Assembly (NCBI GenBank): GCA_045837725.1
Contig: JBEWZL010000267.1
Span: 124,001 to 188,000 of the forward strand
Direction: 5' to 3'
DNA length: 64,000 bases
Source: Vermamoeba vermiformis
Lineage: Eukaryota
Shown one piece after another: positions 11,412 to 24,360 of this stretch (its first letter is position 1; each line of letters opens with the position of its first letter). Position numbers and translations under genes: made by a program. The notes under the pieces are model-generated. The model saw only the letters and a list, made by a program, of their open reading frames with translations. It was not told where the DNA came from and searched no databases.

Positions 11412-14400
11412 ATGTTACAAAGCGTAAAAAGAAAATTCAGCGATGCATTTGACGGGGTATATTCTGCCTTTGAGAAAGTTCGCTTAAAGAAGCCAAAGAT
11501 TGAAACAGACGATCCGATCTTCACTTTAAAGTCCGGTAATAATTATTTTGATATTTTTATAAATATTACTAGTAATTTTATCACCGTAGATAGCCATTCT
11601 GAACCGCAATTTTCATTTTTATTTCGGATTTAATATTATTTTTAAATTAGAAATCGCTCTATGGAAAGAATTACAGCAAATAGTCGAGAATGTCTTGATA
11701 TCGAACGTTAAAATAGTGGATTTAAAACAACGGGAAAAGGAACTAGCCGATACGCAAAGAAATTTATTTGGCGGATGCCTGAAGCACCCGTTTATTTTCA
11801 ATCCATTAAGCAACAGCGTCGACTTGCGATTTATGGCGCAAACGAATAACTGGACCGTCGATGATCCAGTTTACACTTTCATGGCGAAGCAAGCTCTCGC
11901 ACCGAAGTATCAGTTATACCTGCTACGTGCCGTTTCAGGCGCTGGAAAGACAGGTAAGACACGCCTGTTATTTCAACGCCTTAATATTAACACATTTCTA
12001 GGAACAATTTTGAACGCAGTAGCACGACAGGCGTATCTAATCTACGTACAGTGTGATTCGGCAAGAGGTGGTGTTGGAAGAGATTACGTAGGTAGATTGA
12101 CACTCAGGCGGCATTGTAGTGACTTTGATTAGGTTGATGAATCAGCACAGACTTTTACCCAAGAGCTGGAAAAAGCTCTAAACTTGGTGCAGGAGGAGGA
12201 CAAGAAACAAGACATTGCCTTGTGCCATTGCCAACTCTTTTGGCTCAGTCGAATTTTCATCTTATCCTACCTCAAAAAGAATCACTCTTTCTCACCAGAG
12301 CAGTGGATTTTTTGGTCAAACAATCGTGTAGGCAAAGCTCTGATTCAAAATGTGCAGCTGAATTTCATTAAAATGTTCGTACTTAACATGAAGCAGGAAG
12401 TACTAATGTGTCTTATTATAACAACAGCTTAGAAGATAAGGAATTGGAGTCAATGAAGTCATCCTTGAAATCAATTACACGTGAGGCAACAAGGAAATTT
12501 GGAGCTAAACTTTGGCTTGGAATAGATGAGGCTCAAATATTTCAGACTGTAATGGTTGGCAATAGGTACAAAGCAAGCAAAATAGACTTTAACTAATGCC
12601 ACTTTGGCCTAGATCATTGCTCCAGTTATTAACAATTGAGGCTACTGCAAATGCATCTAATCTGCATATGATTGTTGCTGGAACTCGAATATCATCCTTT
12701 GCAAAGTTGGTGCAGAGTGGAATTAACAGGAAACTGAACATTTTTGACTTGGCTGAGTCAAACACACTGGCCTATCCATATGTGACTAGTGACCAAGCAC
12801 TGATGTTGCTGTCATACCATTTTGACATGCACTCAGTCATGCAAGATGAAAGCCTCATGAAGAAGGCCAGGCACATCCTTCAAGGACGTTTGAGAAATGT
12901 TGTGCGGCTGTTCCAGCTGCTTCAAGATACAATAGAGGAAGATTCTAGCTTAGACTTTCCACAATTATTCTCAGTTGCTATCAACACTCTTGAACGAGAG
13001 ATTGAGGCATACATTAATGAACGACTTCAAGAGTTCTTGCAAAATCCTTTGATTAGAGATAAATGTAAGTCAACAACAACTGAAGCTTTGATTTAACACT
13101 TATTTAGTCCTTCTCCATCTGGTGACCTTGCTGTATGCCAGTACCAATAAGAAGAGTCAAACATGGGACATAGATGTATTCAAGCAGCGATTTGGTTGTG
13201 AGCCAGAAGACTCAGGCTTCTTGTTTTTTGAAAAGCGACAACTTGACATTAGCAAACCTGGTGAGTGTGAAGTAGACTCTACTCTTTGTCACTGATAGAC
13301 TGATATGGAGTTCTAACAAATTACATTATACAGCAAAGCGTCTCTATCAGTATTCAATTCGTGAAGATTATGTTAGGGATATTCTCCTTATGAACCCTGA
13401 TATTCGAAGTTTTAAACTGATGCAAGCCCTAGACCTTCTAACTGACCGTGTCAACAACACTGCGATTACACCACAAGAATTTGGAATGGAATTTGAACGT
13501 CTGATAGGCCATTTAATGGTAATAATATCACTTAAGCACTTCTTAGCTAATTATTGAATTTAGTTGTCAACTGTGAACAACATTGTGGATGCAAAATGTA
13601 AGCCTCGGCCAAGCTGGCTATCTCCACTTGTCTCAGAATGGAAGGTGGTCATGAGTTACACATGCTCCCAGTTGAATGAAGCCTTTGCAGTGCTAAAGGC
13701 TAGCTTCACAACTTACAGCCCCAAAGAGTTATGGAAACATTTGGCTTCCAATAATCCGCTGTGGAACTTCTTCTTTACGGATGACTACTCACTTTACACT
13801 CGCAAAGTACTGTCCGATGCAGCACTAGTCAAGTGCTTGCAGCAAGTAATCAAGTGTGAAGAAAACAAATCAAACAAGTATGGAGAGCTGCTATTTTTCC
13901 TGATACAGCCACGTGACATGTTACTTAATCCATCAACTCTCCTTGGCCCAGACATTGTTGGCTTCATCCGTGGTGGTAAGTAAAGAACTGAACTGAGTGC
14001 AAGTCTTCTGATGTCTTTCCTCAGGTTTTAACTCGGAAGTTTGCCTTTTCACTGCCTCAGTCTCCATTTATGAAAGCAAGAATGACCAAAAATATCAAAA
14101 AAATCAGCACAAGTTATCTCCCAACAATTTCTACTACAGTGAAAGAAAGAGAGGATACTACACAATTGCCAACATTTTAAAACCACTCAAACTCTCTTCA
14201 CTGCCAAGACTGAGCATCAACATTACTGTACCAAGTCCTGCAAGCCCTGAGAAGAAAAGTGATGGCAGAGTAGTGGAACTATCGATTGGAGAAGATGATC
14301 TTGAATGCCTTGACCCCAACTTTGCAGAAACAATCACCTTGTTGAAGGAACAACTTGCCAACAAGAGAGATTTCTGGGTTGAGGCAAAGCAATATGCAAT

Positions 14401-14464
14401 GTCACAGGACATTGATTTTGAGTCTGACACATTGCCCAACCCACCAAACACAGAAAACTGTTAA
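11412..14464 (+). CDS. CR-effector-like P-loop NTPase with C-terminal restriction-endonuclease-like region; multi-exon
   Basis: Walker A LRAVSGAGKT, Walker B LWLGIDEAQ, sensor-1-like MIVAGT, LQGRLR. Later FGMEFERLI and LLNPSTLLGPDIVGF (PD motif). GT-AG introns link the ORF pieces; stop at 14464. Confidence 0.7.
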
Positions 14465-14499
14465 ATAGTGGCACCACTTTTCTTGGCAGTTAATAAATT

Positions 14500-15854
14500 T
14501 TATTTAGAACAACTTTCTGTACAATTACAGCATGTGTAAATAGTTGGTGGTGAATCAAATGGAATTGGTGTCATCCAATGCCCAGTGTCAAAGGCATCTT
14601 GAACACTCTTATGCATCAGATTGATATAATTCTGTTAACAAATTAGATTGTATTGATGTGTTATGACGGCATTACCTTAATGATTGCAAACATTTGCATG
14701 ATGCTAGTTGTGTCAGTTTTCAAATCTAGACCTTTGAACGTGCAGTAACATTTTTGACCATTATGATAAAAATATATGCTAATGTTAACGACACTACCAG
14801 TATAATATATACCAAATGTCAAAGGTAAGTGGACATGAGCTTTGCAGTAATCCGATGGCAGACTCAGTTTATCAATGACCTTTTCTTGCTGCTCCCAGGC
14901 TAGTGCTTGAATTATAGGCATTTTCCACCTACAAAATATGAACGTAAGAAATCTACACTAAAACGTGCTTGTTGGATCCAAAACGCTCCAATGACTTACC
15001 AATCTCCTTCCTTGCAGCTTTCTAAAATCGATGCTGGCTTACTTTGAATGAGTAAAAAAGGCCAGCAACCCAGATGCTTAATCCAGGGGGTAAAATATTG
15101 CGATTGAATGCCGAATCCGAATATTCGATCCACTTCGATCCCACATCCAATTTGTGCCGAACTAAAAAACGTTAATTACGAGTCTTATTATAATAATAAT
15201 TGCAAAAGTTCACTATAAAAATTCACTTACCCAACTGACGACGCCTCCCAAGTTTGAAATCGGCGAAAAAATTCTGACAATTTGTTATGGCAGCGTGCAA
15301 TCCACTCTGCTTCGTTATTTGACGGAATTTTGCTTAAATCTGACAAAAAATCAGGCCCGGTGATGTAGGCACTATTTTCTAGTAATTTGAAGTCCAGCAA
15401 GCTTTTCTGTTAAAAACGAATCCGCTTAGTTATTTAAGTTATCGAACAATTAAGAACATATTAGTTAGTACCTCGTCTTGCGTTAAAGATGTTGTTGAGT
15501 CATTACTAGCCGCTGCTAAGTCGTTAAGAAGATCTCCTAAACTTCCAGGGATCGCGAGTCTTGCTGCCCTTTTGCCGTCCAAATTCAGTGCGTAATTTAT
15601 TTCATTATCAAGTACTAAGTCAACATTAAACGAAGAGTTGTCAATGGGCGTGATCCTACGAAGATCAGGAAATTAGTAAAATAAATCAAGTAAGGATATT
15701 TGCGAGGATATTAATTTACAATATATGAATATTATATCTATTATTTAAATTTTCTGCAATTTATTGTTAGCAAGGCAGAAATTCAATTAATAATTTCATA
15801 CGTTTTTGTTCGTTTTCCTCGCGGACGCGACGATATTCCTTCACCAGCGTCCAT
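14500..15854 (-). CDS. Nuclease-like (REase-fold) protein; kinase-less paralog of the 59551-62053 gene, 6 exons
   Basis: Spliced frame MDAGEGISSRPRGKRTK...KIPSNNEAEWIARCHNKLSEFFRRFQTWEASSV...WPFLLIQSK...HLPLTFGIYYTGSVVNIS...HW...CSK*. It aligns block by block with KIPTDNEGEWIAECHNKLSQLFRSFETWEANSV...WPFLLIESR...HVPITFGVYYTGSSVNIS. Confidence 0.75.
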
Positions 15855-15979
15855 ATTTTGAAGAGGTTGTCGTTGCTCGCTCATAGAGTAGACCTTTTGA
15901 TCGATTAAATTCGACTTGAGCAAATTATCTTCAAAAACGGCGGGAAAATCTTCGCGCTCCTTGCACCTTCCATTAAGTG

Positions 15980-17290
15980 ACGACCAACGCGGCGCTCAAT
16001 AGCGCCCGAGAGCGAGATCATATACTGCGCAACGTTAATATGTCTCGTACTAAGCCATTAAGTTCATACACCAACGTACCTCGATCTGTTTCGCCGGTCC
16101 AACTCAACGATTTCTTTTTGAACTTTCTGTTACGTTTTGAGCACGATCGTATTTTGGCCCTTCTTTTCGAACCACTTGGGCTGGGCCCTGAGTGAATGCC
16201 ACCGAGACGTTGTGCGAACATGAAGGTTGGAATTGTATTCGCGTGATCCGTTGAGGCAGTCGGATCTCGTGGTAACGACGAGACAAGGCAGGACTATTAG
16301 AAAGTGTAAATACGTGCTTCAAATTGTAACAATAACACGTACCTCGACTTGAAAAGTCGTAGACACCATTCACGATAACGTCCAACTCGATTTTATCGCT
16401 GTCAGCACTCACAGTAGCGGATATGATCTGCTTGTCGAGCACCGATATTTCGCCGCATGTCAGTACCCACGCGTCTGCTTCTAACTTCCTTTCGAAGAAC
16501 GATCATGCCAGACTTGATTCTGTTTCACGTTAGGCATTGAGCCTTACGAAAGCGAGCGCTAAACTATAGTAAGTTGTTCGCGCTTGCGGATATTTTGCCG
16601 AATTCTTTCACGCGCGAAGGCAAGCTCTTCCATCCGTACTAAATTCAGCTGTCAGTTGTGTTCTTGCTAGTAGTAGTGACGATTAAATTATTACCTGATA
16701 CACGCGCTACGTTCGCCTTAATGTTCGTTGTGTTATAACCGTAAACGTATGTGGATCCGGATCTACCTTCGCAGTGGCGGTATTAATCGTGCCTAAAACT
16801 ATTTGTTCGTGTTACGCTGCAGCGTATTCATTGACAGGCAGCACAATCGTTCCGAAGGCAAATCGCTGGACGCGTGTTAGCCACTGACTTCTATACCTTC
16901 GTGCGATACGTACCCGTTGCAATTGCCTTCGAATACCGTGCCGTCGCTACTGACAACTTTGCCTCGATCGTGGATCTGTTTCAAAACAACATTTAACGTT
17001 GCGTCTAAATTTGGAACATGTCAGCGTGCCAAAATGGCCACCGATAGCGTTACATCGCGTACTTACCTTTTCGTTCTTCCACGATCCTTTGTGGTAACCG
17101 AAACCGCGTGTGAAGGATCTTTGAAATAGATCCGACCTCAACTGAAACATAAAATTAAATTAATTATTGCCAGATTGATTCAAAATAAACTAACGAAAAA
17201 TACGGCTGTAGTAAAGCTACTGACCTGAGAGCTTTTTCAATGTGAGATCTTAGAACAACGATTCTTCCTTCAGGCACGCGCGCAATTCGA
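15980..17290 (-). pseudogene. Degenerate coding-like region with splice signals but interrupted frames
   Basis: GT-AG-bounded segments and ORF 16104-16442; the peptide RLPQRI occurs in two segments. No continuous frame could be assembled. Confidence 0.3.
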
Positions 17291-17291
17291 A

Positions 17292-17529
17292 TGCTTTATT
17301 TAGAGCTAGAATGAGATGTCCTACTCCGATAATAATCCTCGAGGTCTTCTGTTCAATTTTCTCAGCCAGATCTAAAATAAAAATTGAATAATTCGTTTTT
17401 TAATTCTGTTGGCAACCCTAAAAAATCAAACCAATTTATCGTGTATTATTTGTGCTATTTATAATAATTATCGTTTATTTACCTGATCGGCTGGTGCGAG
17501 ATGAGAAAAACGGTTCTCGTTGAGCTTGA
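17292..17529 (-). pseudogene. Decayed, intron-retaining duplicate of the NCAPH2 5' end
   Basis: Minus strand TCAAGC..GAGAACCGTTTTTCTCAT..ATCAG|GTAAATAA and ATCTGGCTGA(G)AAAATTG..GAGGATTAT..CTCTAAAT match NCAPH2 exons 1-2 (~37734-38005), with indels. Confidence 0.8.
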
Positions 17530-17801
17530 AAGATCGGTGATCACTTTCAAAGCAACGTCAAAGCTGGCTTTATTATAAATGCCATTATTAGCGCTTTGGA
17601 GACGTTCTTTGGTGCGGTCTAACGGCCGTTCTTGTTGAATGATTTTGTTCGAACGATTTTTTCGTTTCTGTTGGTATCCTAACCTTTGTTACGAACACAA
17701 ATGCTAGTTCATTAATATTTATGACACATTCAAACGTTTTGTATCTATAAGGGGCTTACAAACCGCCTAGAATTGCACAAGGAACTTCAGATCCGAAATC
17801 G

Positions 17802-19491
17802 ATGGCAGATCTGGGTAAGTAACGGACCAAAATTATTACCAACCGTCAAATTGTCACATAAATATTATTACAATAATATCTAAAGTAATTTTGTCTCTTC
17901 GCTTTTGAACCTGACACGTTGCATTCAGTTCCAAGCATTAAGTTCGCCCGAACACGTAAGGTTTAATATTAAACGAATAATTAAAATACATATTATCTAA
18001 ATTATATCGACGATAGATGAAGACTTTGAGAAGTTCAGTTGGGATGAGGTCGTAGATTGGCTTGGATGGTGTTTCACGATGCCAAAAGACATACTCGTAA
18101 GTAAAATATGATAAAAATCAATATTTGCGTTATTTTTAAAGCCGGTATTAGTTGAAAGTATTCGAAAAAGTCGTAGTTGCTGCCGAACGAGACGCACTCT
18201 CTCCCAAAGAAACTTTTTTCGCCGCCGTCAAGCACAACAAATTAAACGAATATTTCTCAAACACTTGGAGCGATAAAATTACGACAGTTTTAAATACGTT
18301 GAGGGGTAAGTAATAAGCAACGATACTCGATATTTGCAGGTACTGATCTCTTACAGTGCTAACCATCAACGATCCAATTACGTGGCGTGTGCTTCATACT
18401 ACAACTAATGAGTACAATCAACTTTGCAAACACTACAGTACGTATTAATTTCCGTTGCATGACTTCCAAACACAAATTTAGATTCTAGACTACAGAGAAA
18501 TATGGTGTTTCAACTTGAACACTTCATCCAATACTTTGGAGATCTAGATCTTGGCAGTCCCCCAACATTAGAAGAATTTACCAAAGAAGGACCATCTTAC
18601 ACCTCGTTTGCACCAAACATTCAATTCGATCTTCGCTCTCTTGGTGGAGATCTTGGTAATCCTAACAAGCAAAGCTCAATTGTCGATAGTATCATGGACT
18701 ACTTGCAAAAAGGACACAATGGCCAAGTTCATCTGTTGGTTGGTGAGTCTGGAATTGGCAAGACAAAGGCACTATTTGACTTGGCACGTGAAGAATTTGC
18801 CATCTATTTGGACTTCTTGCTGGCCAAAGATGCAGTTCATTTTCTAAAACAACTTGAACTGTTACTTGAACAACATAATGAGGCAACCTATTACTCAGAA
18901 TTTTTGCCAAAGTTCCAGAGTCTTGTTTTGCAGTTGATTGGAGCAAGAATTGTTGGGCTAATATCCACCATGTTAAAACACCCAGAGTTAACTTGTGAAC
19001 AATGGCTATTACGGCAACTCCATGCAGGAGCTGAATTCATTCCAATTCAAGCAATGTGCAAGGCTTACTATGGTGACAAAGATTTGATTGCGTTAAGTAG
19101 CTTATGGAAGAGCATCAGTAATAACAAGAGGATCATAATCCTTTGTGATGAAGCACAGCTACTGACTGTCATAGGCAAAGGGAAATTCAAACCCTTTGTT
19201 GTCAGTGAGAAGACTGGATTTACACAGAGTGCATACAATTCATTTGTTTATACTGCAATAGAGTTTGGTGCAGTTTGTGTTGCAGGCACCTCACCTACAC
19301 TGCTAGAAATAGAGATGGATACAGTCTCTGGCATTCAAAAACCTGACAAAGATTTGCCTATTCTCATTGAGAAGCACTCCAATTTTTCATACCCAAAAAA
19401 GAGGAAGATTGACAATGTGGAGCTTGTCACAGATGATGCTGAGCAACACACTTCTCATCTTCATCTGACCAAGAAACCCAAGAGCAAGTGA
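17802..19491 (+). CDS. CR-effector-like NTPase with small helical (SAM-like) header, C-terminally truncated (no nuclease), 6 exons
   Basis: ATGGCAGATCTGG|GTAAGT start. Spliced header FEKFSWDEVVDWL, Walker A LVGESGIGKT, Walker B ILCDEAQ, VAGT. Same family as 11412-14464 (EQW motif). Ends shortly after PKKRKID. Confidence 0.75.
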
Positions 19492-19611
19492 TTGTAATAA
19501 TTTACTCTAATAAATGTGCTTGTTCGAGAATGTGCTGTCATTATTTAAATTCAAACTTGGTTAATACAGTTAACTGACCAAGTTTATCCTCCTCTGCAAT
19601 AAATTTATCAA

Positions 19612-21442
19612 TTATATTTGGGTGCTTTTGAAGTGGATGTTCAATTCTGGATGGTGTTTGCTCAAATACTTGACGTCTTCATGCGTGTGCTCATCCATTG
19701 GACAACCATTCCAAACAGCATAACACAACATTGGAATGTTAACATTAATTTTGACAGCATGATATGAATTCATATTTCTGTATTGAAGATTTGCAAACAA
19801 GTGTGTCCAGAACTCTTTTGTCCAAGAACCTAATCCTAGTTCATTAATATTGTTGACACTTCAAAATGACACTTTGACAACTTACATCCATGCTCTTTAG
19901 CATACTTTAAGCACATTAAGCTGCCAGCCTTATCACATACAAGTGAAGTCCATGGACCTGAAAAGTAATTATTTGGAGTTAGTGACAGCCAACTAGTTGA
20001 GCTGAACTTACATCCAATCTTGTATAAATAGACTAGTGCCTCAAATCGTCCACTTTGCGAAGCAGTTTGAAGATGTTGTGCAGTCCATTGAGCTCCATTT
20101 TCAGTCAAAAACTCCAACACTTTGACAGATCCATATTTTGCAGCAAAAGCCATTGAGTTATTGGCATTGAGTTTAAATTTCTCAAATAGGAGTCTTATCA
20201 TCAAGTTGTCGTTCTTAGTGTCATTTGCACTATAATAAATAGCTCTTTGAAAACATTTTTCTCCTTGTTGTTGATCCAACGGCCATTTTTCAAGTGCAAA
20301 TTTGAGTGTGTCAAGATCGTTGTTTCCTATAATCTGAACAAAAGGGCTCTCGCTCTCATTGTAGATATTTGGCGCTGTTCCAATATGCATTGTTGCTGGA
20401 TTCCAACCTTTGGTATTGCTATCAAATGGCAGTTGCATGAGCAGTTGATACATTTCTTTTGACGCACTCATTGCTTGCTTTTCCATGATAGCATTAACCT
20501 TGGTGATATATCCAGTCTTTATGAAGTATTTGATGACTTCTATGTTGTTCCTTTTGATTGCATTAATGACACAATCATCAATGTCACAGCCGGTGTTCTC
20601 GGTGATGAATTCAAGGCATTCGACTGTTTTAACGTATTGAAATTTCGCAGGTTTTGGTGCTCCGTGTTCAAAGCCGAGCTTAAGCATTTGCAAATTTCCC
20701 TCAGCTGCAGCGTCTTCCAGGAATGTAGCTTTTTTTGGCCACGGATATTTTTGCAACACAAAATACTGCCAACATTTCATACTTGGTGTATAGCTGATGT
20801 ACTTTCGGCCAAATCCAAGGTCTATTAATAGCTTCATGCAGTCGTAATGACCGTGTCTCGCTGCGATGTCGGATGATGGCCAAAAATAACTTGGAGCGGC
20901 TTGGATTTCCGACAGTGAACTGCATAAGTACTTCAACATCGCATAACTGCATTGATGTTCTGCGCACCTGGCCGCAAGTCGTGCTTTGTTGCATTCAACG
21001 CCTTGTTTTTCACATAATTTCAGCATGTTGATGTGATTTTGTGTTTTTCCAACAGATGCCACAAGTTCTGCGAGCTCTTTGAAGTCTATATCAAATCCGA
21101 TCGACATTAGGTATTCCAGGCACGATGTATATCCATTGAGCGCAAAGTGTTCCACGAACTTCGCTTGATTTAACGCAAAAGTCGGGCTGAAAGGTTTGAT
21201 CTCTTTCATTAACTGCCTAATCTCTTTACAACACGATCGAAATAATATAATATCGTAGATATGCAAGTGCTGAAATACTTCTAGCCACACTTCAGGAGGC
21301 AGTTGCTCGGCAATAATATTTTTCTGGTTTTTTTCAAGATGTGTCAAAATTAATCACCGTAATTACGGATAAATCCACTTACTACGCTCGTAATATTATT
21401 TTTAGCAGATACGGATGATTTAGCAATGTATTTGTTTGACAT
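19612..21442 (-). CDS. F-box + degenerate ankyrin-like repeat protein, 3 exons
   Basis: MSNKYIAKSSVSAKNNITSV|KNIIAEQLPPEVWLEVFQHL (F-box). Repeats AARHGHYDCMKLL, AAAEGNLQMLK, AAKYGSVKVLEFL, GRFEALVYL..GC. An intron restores HGC-SW. Confidence 0.85.
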
Positions 21443-21527
21443 TGTCGTGCTAAGTGGTGTTCATCTGGCTTGTCAGAAAATTTATCTCGTCCCAAAACTC
21501 CGTCATTTATTTGTCCCTCTCGTCAAA

Positions 21528-23260
<1,733 letters not shown>

Positions 23261-23345
23261 TGTAAATAAACAATAAATATGTATTTAATATTAAAACTAA
23301 AAATTGTGTAGTTTTTAACAATTTGATTTTATTGGCGACAAGATC

Positions 23346-24125
23346 TTAACGACCCTTCATGTTGGGCTTGTTACCACCCTTGTTTTGCTTAACATTACCA
23401 GCGCCCTTTTGAGCAGCACCACCCTTGTTGGCTTCCTTGCGAGCAGCCTTCTTGGCGTCACGTCTGGCCTTAAGCTCCTTCAAGGCAGCTTCTTGCTCCT
23501 TCTTTCGTTCTTCGGGCTTTTGGGCTCTTCGCTTTTGGATCAAAGCGATGGGGGCACCAGTAACACCACGCTCCTTGGCGATGTGAACACGTCTGGCTCT
23601 CTTTCTGACGGTGGTTTCAGTCAATCCCTTCTTGTGCATCTTTCTGAAAGTGGTGGTCCAAGTGAACTTGGCAGGCTTCTTCTTCAAGTGGAAGTATCTG
23701 CGAGTCTTGGAGTTCAAGAAGAAAAAGAGCTGCACGTAAATAATAAATTAATAATTGTGATAACAGATTTGAAAATTATTATTTTAATAATCGACGCTGC
23801 TGTTGTTATAATCCTCCTCGTTCCATCATATTTTCGTTTGCACGCTGTTATTAATTAATTATTAATTGATTATTACCTTAGCATCACCACGAACAAAGCG
23901 GGAGCCACGACCGGGGGCGATCTTGTAGCCGGAGAAGCTGCAAACTTCGGTTCTATACGAATAGAATATAAATATTGGTACTAATAATTATTATAATTAT
24001 TATTAAATTATTGGTGATTATTGTGGACGTCAGTGATATTGTTTTTGATCGTTGAATCTCGCTCGAGCGCATTATGCCCATTTGACAACGAATCCAATCA
24101 ACATATTTGATTCTACATACTTCAT
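23346..24125 (-). CDS. RPL24: 60S ribosomal protein L24 (eL24), 3 exons
   Basis: ATGAA|[41 protein letters not shown]...KKPAKFTWTTTFRKMHKKG. Confidence 0.97.
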
Positions 24126-24279
24126 TTTTACAAAGGAGCTGTGTAGGATCGACTAGCGTACAGGAATACAAGCAAAAAGTGATAAGATTGGAAAGAACGA
24201 AACTTGGTTCCGAAGAATTTTTTGGCCGACTTTTTTTTGGCTTGAAATTTTGACCGCAACTTTTTTTGGCCATCTAATT

Positions 24280-24287
24280 TTTCCCGC
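24280..24287 (+). promoter_or_regulatory. E2F/DP-like site TTTCCCGC upstream of POLD1
   Basis: Exact TTTSSCGC consensus ~75 nt before the POLD1 ATG, in the divergent RPL24/POLD1 promoter. Confidence 0.5.
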
Positions 24288-24360
24288 GCTGGAAACTGCC
24301 AAAAATTTGAACACGCAACGGAACAGTGCATAAAGTTCGATTATAGTGGAGACCAGAGTA

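Noticed and set aside
23740-24120. Possible snoRNAs in RPL24 introns
   Set aside because: Only degenerate C/D-like words; no terminal stem or recognisable rRNA guide.
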